Of a DNA stretch of 33,276 nt, positions 25,633 through 33,276 are shown one piece after another. A model generated the notes under the pieces. The model was not told where the DNA came from. It saw only the letters and a list, made by a program, of their open reading frames with translations, and did not search any database. Numbering within the stretch: position 1 is the stretch's first letter; every line of letters begins with the position of its first letter. The stretch covers positions 1 through 33,276 of IMG/VR virus record IMGVR_UViG_3300038797_000031, one strand, 5' to 3'. A program made the position numbers and the translations under genes. This DNA is from a virus. Taxonomy: Duplodnaviria > Caudoviricetes.

Positions 25633-25890
25633 ATGCGAGTTGAATGCAAATGCGGACACAGAGGACGGATCGCTTCGCGAGAGAAGCTATCGACGGAGTT
25701 TGCGAAGCTGTACTGCCAGTGCCTGGACGCAAAATGCGGGCACACATGGGTCGCAAATCTTACGTTCTCGCACACGTTGAGCCCATCGGCTCAGTCTTTC
25801 GAGAGGATGTTGTTCGACCATTTGCGGGATATGCCCAGGGCGAAACAGCGGGAGCTGTTCGAGCAGCTGGGATCACAGGCAGTGGCGTGA
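25633..25890 (+). CDS. ogr: Ogr/Delta-family zinc-finger late transcription activator
   Basis: CKCG...LYCQCLDAKCGHTW...HTLSPSA; GGAGG RBS. Confidence 0.9.
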   Translation: MRVECKCGHRGRIASREKLSTEFAKLYCQCLDAKCGHTWVANLTFSHTLSPSAQSFERMLFDHLRDMPRAKQRELFEQLGSQAVA

Positions 25891-25899
25891 CGTTCGGAC

Positions 25900-25921
25900 C
25901 GCCGACGCATAGGTGTCGGCG
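25900..25921. terminator. Hairpin between convergent genes (putative bidirectional terminator)
   Basis: CGCCGACGC-ATAG-GTGTCGGCG; no clear U-tract. Confidence 0.45.
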
Positions 25922-25942
25922 ATCGATTACATGGCTCGATTA

Positions 25943-26128
25943 TCAGTCGCTGGCAGCGTCTTCAGGATGGGTCGCTAAGACCTCGGACATCCTGCGGAGA
26001 TGAACCTGTTCCTGTTCACTCAGCAGACGGTACAACCGAATGAGCTGACGTTCGATTTTTGTAAGGTTAAGCCATTCGAACTCGGTGGTTCCGACACTGC
26101 CAAGCTCGTTTTTCGTGCGATCCAACAT
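25943..26128 (-). CDS. Small protein homologous to the repressor C-terminal domain
   Basis: 61 aa, GGAG RBS; ungapped alignment to CI C-terminus with 9/31 identities. Confidence 0.75.
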   Translation of the reverse strand: MLDRTKNELGSVGTTEFEWLNLTKIERQLIRLYRLLSEQEQVHLRRMSEVLATHPEDAASD

Positions 26129-26229
26129 GCTTACTACTCCATAAAGTGCATTGCTGAATCGACGTTATCGGGGCGGGGATTGGCTTTAGAACGAGGGGGC
26201 GACGAATGTCGTACATGCTTTGTTACAAG

Positions 26230-26580
26230 TTAATTCCGTTGGCGAGCAGCATCGTCAGCCATTGCTTTCAGGAACCGCCGGATCGCCTCTTGGTCGCCTG
26301 GCGTGATACTTCGGTACTGCTTTACGAGAGTGTCCTCTGTGCCACTGAGAGCGTGTTCGGACAGCGTGGTCCGCACACCGGTCAGAATATAGGGCACGTC
26401 GAAACCGAACTGAATCGCGACTTTGCTCAAATAAGACGCCGTCGCGTCGCTAGACCCAGACTCGTAGTTAGCTTGAGTTCGCTTAGCTATTCCCAATGCA
26501 TCCGCCAGCTCGTTCTGAGTCTTCGCGCATCGCTTCCGTTCTTCTTGCAGTCGGGAGCCTATCTCTTCGGAAAGGTGCAA
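26230..26580 (-). CDS. XRE-family HTH repressor (CI-like, no S24 peptidase domain)
   Basis: IGSRLQEERKR...TQNELADALGIAKRTQANYESG...DVPYILTG; divergent from the cro-like gene. Confidence 0.9.
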   Translation of the reverse strand: MHLSEEIGSRLQEERKRCAKTQNELADALGIAKRTQANYESGSSDATASYLSKVAIQFGFDVPYILTGVRTTLSEHALSGTEDTLVKQYRSITPGDQEAIRRFLKAMADDAARQRN

Positions 26581-26680
26581 AATTATTCATCTCTGATATT
26601 TACAAATGCATCGAAGTGCATCATTGTGCATTCCACACCACATGAAACTGCACGGAATTGCACTATGCCCAACACTTGCA
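26576..26680. promoter_or_regulatory. Lysis/lysogeny switch region with phased TGCA operator-like repeats
   Basis: TGCA at 26576, 26607, 26617, 26627, 26649, 26659, 26677; TTTACA-N17-CATTGT (26599-26627). Confidence 0.6.
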
Positions 26681-26877
26681 TCACTGAGCAAGCTCGCAAA
26701 CAAGCGCGTGAGGCCTTAGAGAAGCGCGGTCAATCCGCGAAGGACTTTGCTGAATTACATGATCTGAACCCCAGCACCGTTTACGCGGTGCTGAGTGGCC
26801 AGAGCCGTTGTCGCCGTGGGGAGGCACATCGCGCCGCGGTGTTGCTGGGAATCAAAGACGGCGTGATTGAACAGTAA
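26665..26877 (+). CDS. Cro-like DNA-binding protein (BcepMu gp16 family)
   Basis: STVYAVLSG...CRRGEAHRAAVLLGIKDG; start ATG 26665. Confidence 0.88.
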   Translation: MPNTCITEQARKQAREALEKRGQSAKDFAELHDLNPSTVYAVLSGQSRCRRGEAHRAAVLLGIKDGVIEQ

Positions 26878-26906
26878 TGGCACCGGGCCACAGGGAAAAG
26901 CAGAAC

Positions 26907-27386
26907 ATGAAAAGCACAGTTCTAAAAACTCGGCGTCAGGTAGTCAGCGCGATCATCTGCGCCTATCCAGGCGGACGCGAATGCGCGGCCCCCCGCATCG
27001 GTCTGCCACTCAAGAAGTTCGACAACCACGCCTATGAGAACAACAACAGCCGTCCGCTGACCGACGCGCAGATCTACCAGCTCGAGCTCGAGGCAGGAAC
27101 AACCTATTTGCCCGAGTACATCGCTGCGATGTACGGCGGCATGTTCGTTCCAGTTGTTGAGCCTGAAGCGTTGGACAACGTTGAAATGTATGCCCGGTGC
27201 GTTGAGGCAGCAGCCAAGAAGGGCACTGTCGACCAGATCATTGCAAAGGCGCTGGAAGACGGAACCATCAACGATGCTGAGGCGGAAGCGATCCTCCAAG
27301 CGGACACCCTGCATCTGGCCGCAAGGCACGCCGAAGTACTTGCCCTCATTCAGCTGCACGCTTCGAAGTCGGAGAAAGCCAAATGA
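26907..27386 (+). CDS. YmfL-family / CII-like phage regulatory protein
   Basis: AYPGGRECAA...FDNHAYEN motif; alternative start 26877. Confidence 0.78.
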   Translation: MKSTVLKTRRQVVSAIICAYPGGRECAAPRIGLPLKKFDNHAYENNNSRPLTDAQIYQLELEAGTTYLPEYIAAMYGGMFVPVVEPEALDNVEMYARCVEAAAKKGTVDQIIAKALEDGTINDAEAEAILQADTLHLAARHAEVLALIQLHASKSEKAK

Positions 27387-27748
27387 CTGCCCTGCCCGCA
27401 GTGAACGAATACCAGGACATTCTGCAGCGCGCCGCACTGTCATTTCTGGAACGTCACCAGTCCGAGCACCTGAGCGACGATCAGCAACTGTTCAGCAGAG
27501 CCGTTCAACACCTGGTTGCAGACTTCGACGTGCAGACGCAGTTCGCTGAAAAAATCGTTCATCTGGCCAACAGCACCATGGTCGCCGTTCGCGATCGGCA
27601 GCGCCTGAACATCCAGAGCAGCACGTCCACCCACACCGTAATAGTTGACCCAGTCACCGGCAGCCAATGGGCCGTGCCTGTCAGCCTGATCTACGAGCGA
27701 ATTATCAACGCACCGGACGTCGGGCGCTTTCGCTTAGCCAACTCGTAA
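27383..27748 (+). CDS. Early hypothetical protein
   Basis: 121-aa ORF with ATGA overlap in the early operon. Confidence 0.75.
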   Translation: MTALPAVNEYQDILQRAALSFLERHQSEHLSDDQQLFSRAVQHLVADFDVQTQFAEKIVHLANSTMVAVRDRQRLNIQSSTSTHTVIVDPVTGSQWAVPVSLIYERIINAPDVGRFRLANS

Positions 27749-27823
27749 CACCCAACCCCAAACAAACGCCTGCCCCACACCCCGTGGGTTTGGGTGAGCT
27801 GCGCCCGAAATTGAGGTTTGACG

Positions 27824-28075
27824 ATGGAAAACGCCCTGAACATCAACGCAAAGCTGCCGCCGGAGCAAGCTCAAGCGCTCTTGGCCAACCTGCGCGAGCA
27901 ATACCGTCTCAGCCTCAATGACCTTTGGTACGCAGACCAGTACCGCTTTATCCCCGAGGGCCTGCGCCACGGATCGATTCTCACCAACGATCCAGTGATG
28001 GCCGCTCGAAAACATCTGATCGGCGCTCTTGCCGGCGCTCTGACCCAAAGCCTTAAAACAGTGAAAAAACCATGA
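27824..28075 (+). CDS. Early hypothetical protein
   Basis: GAGG RBS; stop overlaps the primase start (ATGA). Confidence 0.72.
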   Translation: MENALNINAKLPPEQAQALLANLREQYRLSLNDLWYADQYRFIPEGLRHGSILTNDPVMAARKHLIGALAGALTQSLKTVKKP

Positions 28076-30858
28076 GAGACGATCTGCGTCACGACGTCCT
28101 GCAGCGCATCGAATCGGAGTTCGGCTTGAAGCACCGCGCACCCACAAATTACATGCGTGGTGGCACGTGCCCTAAATGCAACAAGAAGGAGCTGTACACG
28201 CGCTTCGACAGTCCGTGGCAGCTGATTTGCGGTCGTCAGGAAAAGTGCGGCCATACACTGCATGTGAAAGAGATCTACGACGATCTGTTCGAAGACTGGA
28301 GCAAGCGTGCGCCCGCAACCGAGAGCGCGCCCACTGCGACCGCTCGGGCATATCTGGAGTTTGCCCGTGGCTTCGACATCTCGCTGATCGCTGGATGGTT
28401 CACCCAAGACACGTTCTATTCGAGCCATGACCAGATAGGCAGCGCAACAGTGCGTTTCGCCTTGGAGAAGGGTGGTTACTGGGAACGCCTGATCGATCGG
28501 CCGGCGCGCTTCGGGAAGATGAAAGCCCGCTTCAAACCAGGTGAAACCTATCGCGGCGTCTGGTGGTGCCCGCCGTGCGTCGACCTGCTAGAGGTCAAAG
28601 AGATCTGGATTGTTGAAGGGATCTTTGACGCGATCGCTCTGGTGCATAACGGTCTTTCAGCCGTGTCCGCAATGTCCTCGAACGCCTTCCCTGAAGAGTC
28701 GCTGAAAGCGTTGCTGCGCGATCGCACCGACAAGTTGCCAAAGCTCGTTTGGGCTTTGGATAACGAACCAGGTGCGCACGCCTACACCCGCCGCTGGGTC
28801 CGCCAGGCGCGTGAAATGGGCTTTGTCTGCGAAGCAGCACAGATCCCCCAACGCGACGGACGCAAGGTCGATTGGAACGATCTGCACCAACGCTGGGCGT
28901 TCATCGAAGGCGATGAAAAGCGAGCCGATCAGATTGCTACAGAGATCAAACAGATCCGCCATCAGGGCGCGCTGCTGATCGCTGAAAGCGCCGCTGAGAA
29001 GGCGCTGCTGATGTACGACTGGAACAAGCGCGGTGAATTCCACCTCGGCTTCGGCAACCGCCTCTACTGGTTCAAGTTGGACATGGAGAAATACAACCGT
29101 GCCGTCCAGGACATCGAGGACAGCGAACAGCACGACGATCAGCTGCTGAACCAGGCGCAGATGCGCGAAAAGGCGCTGCAGCAGTCCGGCAGCGTGGTGG
29201 AGATCGCCAACTGCTACCCGCAAGCCCTGTACTTCCAACGCAACGAAGTCACCGATGAGTCCTGGTACTACCTGCGCGTGGACTTTCCCCATGACGCCGG
29301 CAGCGTCAAGAACACCTTCACCAGCGGCCAACTCGCCGCCGCCAGCGAATTCAAAAAACGACTGCTCGGGATGGCCGCTGGTGCCATGTACACCGGCAGC
29401 GGCCAGCAACTGGACAAGCTCATGAAAGACCAGCTCTACGGCATTAAGACCGTGTCCACCATCGACTACGTGGGCTACAGCAAGGAATACGAGTGCTACA
29501 TCTACGGCGACGTGGCCATCAAGGACGGCAGCGTCTACCCGGTGAACAGCGAGGACTATTTCGAGTTCGGGAAAATGCGCCTCAAGACCCTGCAGAAGGG
29601 TGTGCCGGTGCAACTGCAGCGCGATGCCAAAGGCTATGACGAGGAATGGCTGCGCTTGCTTTGGATCTGCTTCGGCACCCAAGGATTGGCGGCGCTGTTG
29701 TTCTTCTTTGGATCGTTGTTCTGCGAGCAGATCCGCGCCCGCTATCAGTCGTTCCCGTTCCTCGAGGCCACCGGTGAAGCCGGCGCCGGCAAGACCACGC
29801 TGCTCAACCTGCTGTGGAAGCTGCTCGGTCGTGAAGGCTACGAGGGGTTCGACCCGATGAAGTCCACCAAGGCAGGCCGGTCACGCTTGATGGGACAGGT
29901 GTCCGGTATGCCGGTCGTGTTCCTCGAGGCCGACCGCCATAGCGAAGATAAGGCGCACGCCAAAACCTTCGAATGGGACGAACTCAAAGACTTTTTCGGC
30001 GGCGGCACGCTGGCGACCAAAGGCGTCAAGACTGCCGGCAACGAAACCTACGAACCACCGTTTCGCGGCACGATCGCAATCAGCCAGAACGCAGCCGTGG
30101 TGGCTCACGAAGCGATCATGACGCGCATTGTGAAGCTGCACTTCATTCGGCCAACAGTAACGCCGGAAAGCCGCGCTGCAGCAGACAAGCTCAACGCCCT
30201 GGACGGGAAGACGCTTAGTCACTTTCTCCTGCAGGCGGTGCGCAAAGAGACCGAGGTGATGGACCTGTTGAGCAAGCGCTTTCCTGAACACGAAACAAAA
30301 CTGCGGAGGCTGCACACCCATTGCTTCGCATGTGACACACAGTTCAAAGGTGACGGTGCCTGCAGTAAATGCGGCAACGCTCTGCGGGGCTACATCGGTG
30401 TAGAGCGAATCATCAAAAACCACGCTCAGCTGTTCGCGCTACTGGATGCCATCCGCCTGGTTGTCACCCTTACCGAGGTGCAAGTCAGCTCCACGCGCCG
30501 GCAGATCGTCGAAATGGCGCTCGAGCGCCAAAGCACCACTAACGCTGACCACAGCGCAGTTGCCGAGTTTTGGCAGGTCTATGACTACCTGGAATCGATC
30601 TACGACGAACCCCTGGTCAACCACAGCAAGAACCCTGACGTCATCGCCATCAACCTCAACGAATTCGCCGAGCGTGCCGCTGAACATCGCCAGAAGCTTT
30701 CTGACGTCACCACGTTGAAGGACCTGCTCAAGGAATCCCGGAGCCACAAGTTCCTTGATTACAAGGCCGTTGACAGCGCGGTGCGGTCTGCTCAGGCAGC
30801 GAAAAACCCGATGATCACCCGCTGCCCCACCGTCAAATGCTGGATTTTCAAAGCCTGA
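28072..30858 (+). CDS. Toprim primase-helicase (P4 alpha-like replication protein)
   Basis: N-terminal zinc-binding CPKC...CGRQEKC; Toprim IVEGIFDA and ALDNE; Walker A GEAGAGKT. Confidence 0.93.
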   Translation: MRDDLRHDVLQRIESEFGLKHRAPTNYMRGGTCPKCNKKELYTRFDSPWQLICGRQEKCGHTLHVKEIYDDLFEDWSKRAPATESAPTATARAYLEFARGFDISLIAGWFTQDTFYSSHDQIGSATVRFALEKGGYWERLIDRPARFGKMKARFKPGETYRGVWWCPPCVDLLEVKEIWIVEGIFDAIALVHNGLSAVSAMSSNAFPEESLKALLRDRTDKLPKLVWALDNEPGAHAYTRRWVRQAREMGFVCEAAQIPQRDGRKVDWNDLHQRWAFIEGDEKRADQIATEIKQIRHQGALLIAESAAEKALLMYDWNKRGEFHLGFGNRLYWFKLDMEKYNRAVQDIEDSEQHDDQLLNQAQMREKALQQSGSVVEIANCYPQALYFQRNEVTDESWYYLRVDFPHDAGSVKNTFTSGQLAAASEFKKRLLGMAAGAMYTGSGQQLDKLMKDQLYGIKTVSTIDYVGYSKEYECYIYGDVAIKDGSVYPVNSEDYFEFGKMRLKTLQKGVPVQLQRDAKGYDEEWLRLLWICFGTQGLAALLFFFGSLFCEQIRARYQSFPFLEATGEAGAGKTTLLNLLWKLLGREGYEGFDPMKSTKAGRSRLMGQVSGMPVVFLEADRHSEDKAHAKTFEWDELKDFFGGGTLATKGVKTAGNETYEPPFRGTIAISQNAAVVAHEAIMTRIVKLHFIRPTVTPESRAAADKLNALDGKTLSHFLLQAVRKETEVMDLLSKRFPEHETKLRRLHTHCFACDTQFKGDGACSKCGNALRGYIGVERIIKNHAQLFALLDAIRLVVTLTEVQVSSTRRQIVEMALERQSTTNADHSAVAEFWQVYDYLESIYDEPLVNHSKNPDVIAINLNEFAERAAEHRQKLSDVTTLKDLLKESRSHKFLDYKAVDSAVRSAQAAKNPMITRCPTVKCWIFKA

Positions 30859-30873
30859 TCAGGAGGCAACTCG

Positions 30874-31182
30874 ATGCAGATCCAACTGATTCTTGAGCGA
30901 GAACGAGACAACGCGATCGAGGAGATCCACCGGATCAACACAGTAATGACCCAGCTGGGATACGAGGGCAGAACTGTGTTCGCAGAAGCGTACGGCGCTG
31001 ACGGCCTGGTGCAGATCCTCGATGTTCGTGCCAGCGGTGGCCAGCGGGAAATTCTGGTCATGGATTGTTCACGCGAACAGGTGCAAGCGGTGCTGGAGTG
31101 GCAGTCCTGCGACGACGAAGGCGAGTTTGAAGACCTGGTGATTCACCTGGTGCGTAAAGGTTCGGAGGTTGTGAATGGCTGA
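30874..31182 (+). CDS. Hypothetical acidic protein
   Basis: 102 aa with AGGAGG RBS. Confidence 0.78.
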   Translation: MQIQLILERERDNAIEEIHRINTVMTQLGYEGRTVFAEAYGADGLVQILDVRASGGQREILVMDCSREQVQAVLEWQSCDDEGEFEDLVIHLVRKGSEVVNG

Positions 31183-31390
31183 TTCAACGCTCACTCGGAT
31201 ACGTCCCGCGCTGGCGAGTAAGAGGCTTGACCTCCCCAGCATCTGCGACATCTGCGGCTTTGCTCGGTCGATACGCCGGCACCAGGGCTGCAGCAAGTTA
31301 CGGCAACAAAGGAAAACAGAGGAATGGGATGCCTTGATGGCCGAGAAACTTGCCGCTCGAGCAGCACGGGAGAAACGTTATGCACGCTGA
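31175..31390 (+). CDS. Small putative zinc-binding protein
   Basis: CDIC...H..CS motif; GGAGG RBS; overlaps the upstream gene. Confidence 0.75.
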   Translation: MADSTLTRIRPALASKRLDLPSICDICGFARSIRRHQGCSKLRQQRKTEEWDALMAEKLAARAAREKRYAR

Positions 31391-31589
31391 ACCAGGGAAT
31401 GAAATGCCGCAGGAGACACGGCTGCCACAGACCATCAAGGGCCTAAAACGCCAAGCCACCAAAATTAAGAAAGAGCGTGGCATTCGCCACGCGGCAGCCT
31501 TGGAGATCGTCGCTCAAAGCATGGGCTACAGCAGCTACAAGGCGGCACTGAATGAATTGGGGGACTCGGCGCTCGAGCAGAACCTGTAG
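31380..31589 (+). CDS. Small basic protein (glyoxalase-superfamily/DUF5623 N-terminal-like domain)
   Basis: PQTIKGLKRQATKIKKERGIRHAAALEIVAQSMGYSSY pattern; GGGAGA RBS. Confidence 0.6.
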   Translation: MHAEPGNEMPQETRLPQTIKGLKRQATKIKKERGIRHAAALEIVAQSMGYSSYKAALNELGDSALEQNL

Positions 31590-31680
31590 ATCCCAGTAGC
31601 TTGTATTCCAACTTCTAATAACGATGCCCCGGCCGCAGCGCTAGACTGCCTGGGGTGCTCCAGCTTACAGAGGGCTAGCA

Positions 31681-31893
31681 ATGAACTCCCGATCGGACAA
31701 CGTCCTGGTATTCACTGACCTGCAGCGCATAACCGGCTATCAACGCCGGTCCGATGTCGAGCGGTCACTGATCGACCAGGGCGTTCGCCTATTCCGTGGC
31801 CGCACCGGACCTTGGACAACATTGGACCTTATCAACCAGGCCGCCGGCATGAAGCCAGCGGCACCAGATCGATACGACGCTGACATCCTATGA
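31681..31893 (+). CDS. Excisionase-like protein (DUF4224 type)
   Basis: DLQRITGYQR...L..QG motif; ATGA overlap with the integrase. Confidence 0.75.
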   Translation: MNSRSDNVLVFTDLQRITGYQRRSDVERSLIDQGVRLFRGRTGPWTTLDLINQAAGMKPAAPDRYDADIL

Positions 31894-33038
31894 GGAAAGC
31901 ACGGAAGCGGAAGCACAATCCGCATATTCCCGCCCATATCGACCAGGCCGCTCTCCCAGCGGCCGTTTACTTTGACCACCGAAAAGGTCGGGTCTGGTAC
32001 ACGTTGCACTACGACGAAACGGGAAAACAACGCCGGCGCAACATAGCGCCGGCCGACGTCTCTCTGGCCGAACTGCATCAGATCATGGACGAGGCGTCCA
32101 ACGTCGACCGTGGAACGCTTCGCTACGTTTGTAGCCAGTTTCATGAGAGCGATCGTTACAAGAAGCTCAGCCCCAAAACTCACGATGATTACTGCTACTC
32201 GCGTGATGTTCTACTGACCTTACCCACAAAGCTGGGCAAGCCCTTGGGAGACTTGGCCGTGCGGAAGTTCACCTCTGCCCTGGTGCAGCGCATCGTCGAT
32301 CGACTTGCAGACGAGGGGACTCCGTCCAAGGCAGCGCACGCGCTTCGTTACTTGCGGCGCGTTCTGCAGTGGGGGCGCAACCGTGGCTTCCTGGAAGTGA
32401 ACCCCGCGCTGGGTATCGAAGCTCCAGTGGAACGAAAGCAGCGCCGACTTCCAAACCATCAGGTCATGGACACGCTGATCGATCGGGCCATTGCTCGCGG
32501 CCTGCTGATACGCGGCGAGAAAGGCGGATGCCCCGAATACCTCGGTTACGTCATGGAGCTGGCCTATCTCTGCAGGCTGCGCGGAATCGAAGTCGTTACC
32601 CTGACCGACGCAAACGAGCTGGAAAGCGGGATCCTCACCAACCGTCGGAAGGGAAGTCGAGACAACATCGTTCGCTGGACGCCACGCCTGCGCAAAGCTT
32701 GGGACCACGCGAAGGCCTATCGGGCCAAGGTCTGGGCCAAACGCAAGACCGCTATACCGATCGCACCGTCACGTCGGAACATCATCGTGGCCAGCCACGG
32801 TGGACCGCTCCGCAAGTCCAGCCTGGATACGGCATGGCAAAGATTCATTACCTTGGCTCTCGTCGACGAGGTGATCACACCGGAGCAAAGGTTCGCCCTT
32901 CACGACCTGAAACGACGTGGCATCACCGACACGGCCGGCACTCGGGCTGATAAGCAAGAGGCCAGCGGCCACCGCGATCCGAAGATGATGGACGTCTACG
33001 ACCACAGTACCCCCACCGTCTCCCCTTCTGCTGACTGA
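31890..33038 (+). CDS. int: Tyrosine recombinase integrase
   Basis: LCRLRGIE (catalytic R), HDLKRRG, GH...YD; adjacent to attR. Confidence 0.95.
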   Translation: MRKARKRKHNPHIPAHIDQAALPAAVYFDHRKGRVWYTLHYDETGKQRRRNIAPADVSLAELHQIMDEASNVDRGTLRYVCSQFHESDRYKKLSPKTHDDYCYSRDVLLTLPTKLGKPLGDLAVRKFTSALVQRIVDRLADEGTPSKAAHALRYLRRVLQWGRNRGFLEVNPALGIEAPVERKQRRLPNHQVMDTLIDRAIARGLLIRGEKGGCPEYLGYVMELAYLCRLRGIEVVTLTDANELESGILTNRRKGSRDNIVRWTPRLRKAWDHAKAYRAKVWAKRKTAIPIAPSRRNIIVASHGGPLRKSSLDTAWQRFITLALVDEVITPEQRFALHDLKRRGITDTAGTRADKQEASGHRDPKMMDVYDHSTPTVSPSAD

Positions 33039-33046
33039 GCAAATCG

Positions 33047-33109
33047 GACGTAACAAGCGACCCAAGGCCCGCTATCTACGCGGGCTTTGGCGCGTCTGGA
33101 CGTAACAAG
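33047..33109 (+). repeat. Two GACGTAACAAG arm-type repeats flanking a hairpin
   Basis: Copies at 33047-33057 and 33099-33109; hairpin CCAAGGCCCGC...GCGGGCTTTGG (33062-33090) lies between them. Confidence 0.72.
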
Positions 33110-33150
33110 GAATCACGTAAGTGCTTGAATTGTATGCTTGAAGCACCTTC

Positions 33151-33197
33151 CTTGTAATCAGTAGGTCCCGGGTTCGACTCCTGGTGCCGGCACCATA
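33151..33197 (+). repeat. attR core (3' fragment of tRNA-Thr)
   Basis: Identical 47-bp copy of 80-126; lacks the tRNA 5' half. Confidence 0.96.
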
Positions 33198-33200
33198 CAA

Positions 33201-33240
33201 AACAAAGCCCCTGCAGAAATGCAGGGGCTTTGTTGTTTCT
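33201..33240 (+). terminator. Original host tRNA terminator, displaced by integration
   Basis: Perfect 15-bp stem AACAAAGCCCCTGCA/TGCAGGGGCTTTGTT, GAAA loop, T-rich tail. Confidence 0.85.
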
Positions 33241-33276
33241 GAGTCAGCCAAGACGTCCAAAATGGGGATCGGTCAG

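Noticed and set aside
26165-26188. Possible sigma28 (FliA) promoter TAAA...CCCGATAA for the 61-aa CI-mimic gene
   Set aside because: Spacer is 12 bp instead of the ~15 bp consensus; worth rechecking only if relatives show canonical spacing
26206-26664. 5' part of the 223-aa plus-strand ORF
   Set aside because: Antisense to cI; only the last 70 codons (from 26665) form the Cro-like protein
33151-33195. Second tRNA gene
   Set aside because: Only the 3' half is present; this is the attR duplication

Overview
The window is essentially one complete, apparently intact temperate P2-like (Peduoviridae) prophage of about 33.07 kb, most likely in a Pseudomonas host (inferred from protein families and codon style). 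It is integrated in the 3' half of a tRNA-Thr(UGU) gene, with a 47-bp att core at 80-126 and 33151-33197. Order from the left: attL, membrane moron, a ~290-bp iteron/IHF inverted-repeat element (candidate origin), a candidate cos, a LexA-boxed two-gene operon, two AT-rich cargo genes (DUF5677-like and membrane; candidate defence), HP1/K139-type tail, lysis and head genes (minus strand), terminase, portal, ogr, the cI/cro switch, early genes with a P4-alpha-like primase-helicase, xis-like gene, integrase, attR. The most unusual observations are: (1) a 162-aa stand-alone 'mini-terminase' ATPase coupled into the head-completion operon; (2) a 61-aa gene next to the non-cleavable repressor that copies the repressor's C-terminal domain (SinI-like mimic); (3) tandem NrdR-like boxes in front of the late activator ogr; (4) the SOS-controlled operon and cargo hotspot near attL. 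All product calls come from motif and family recognition by eye; no database searches were run.
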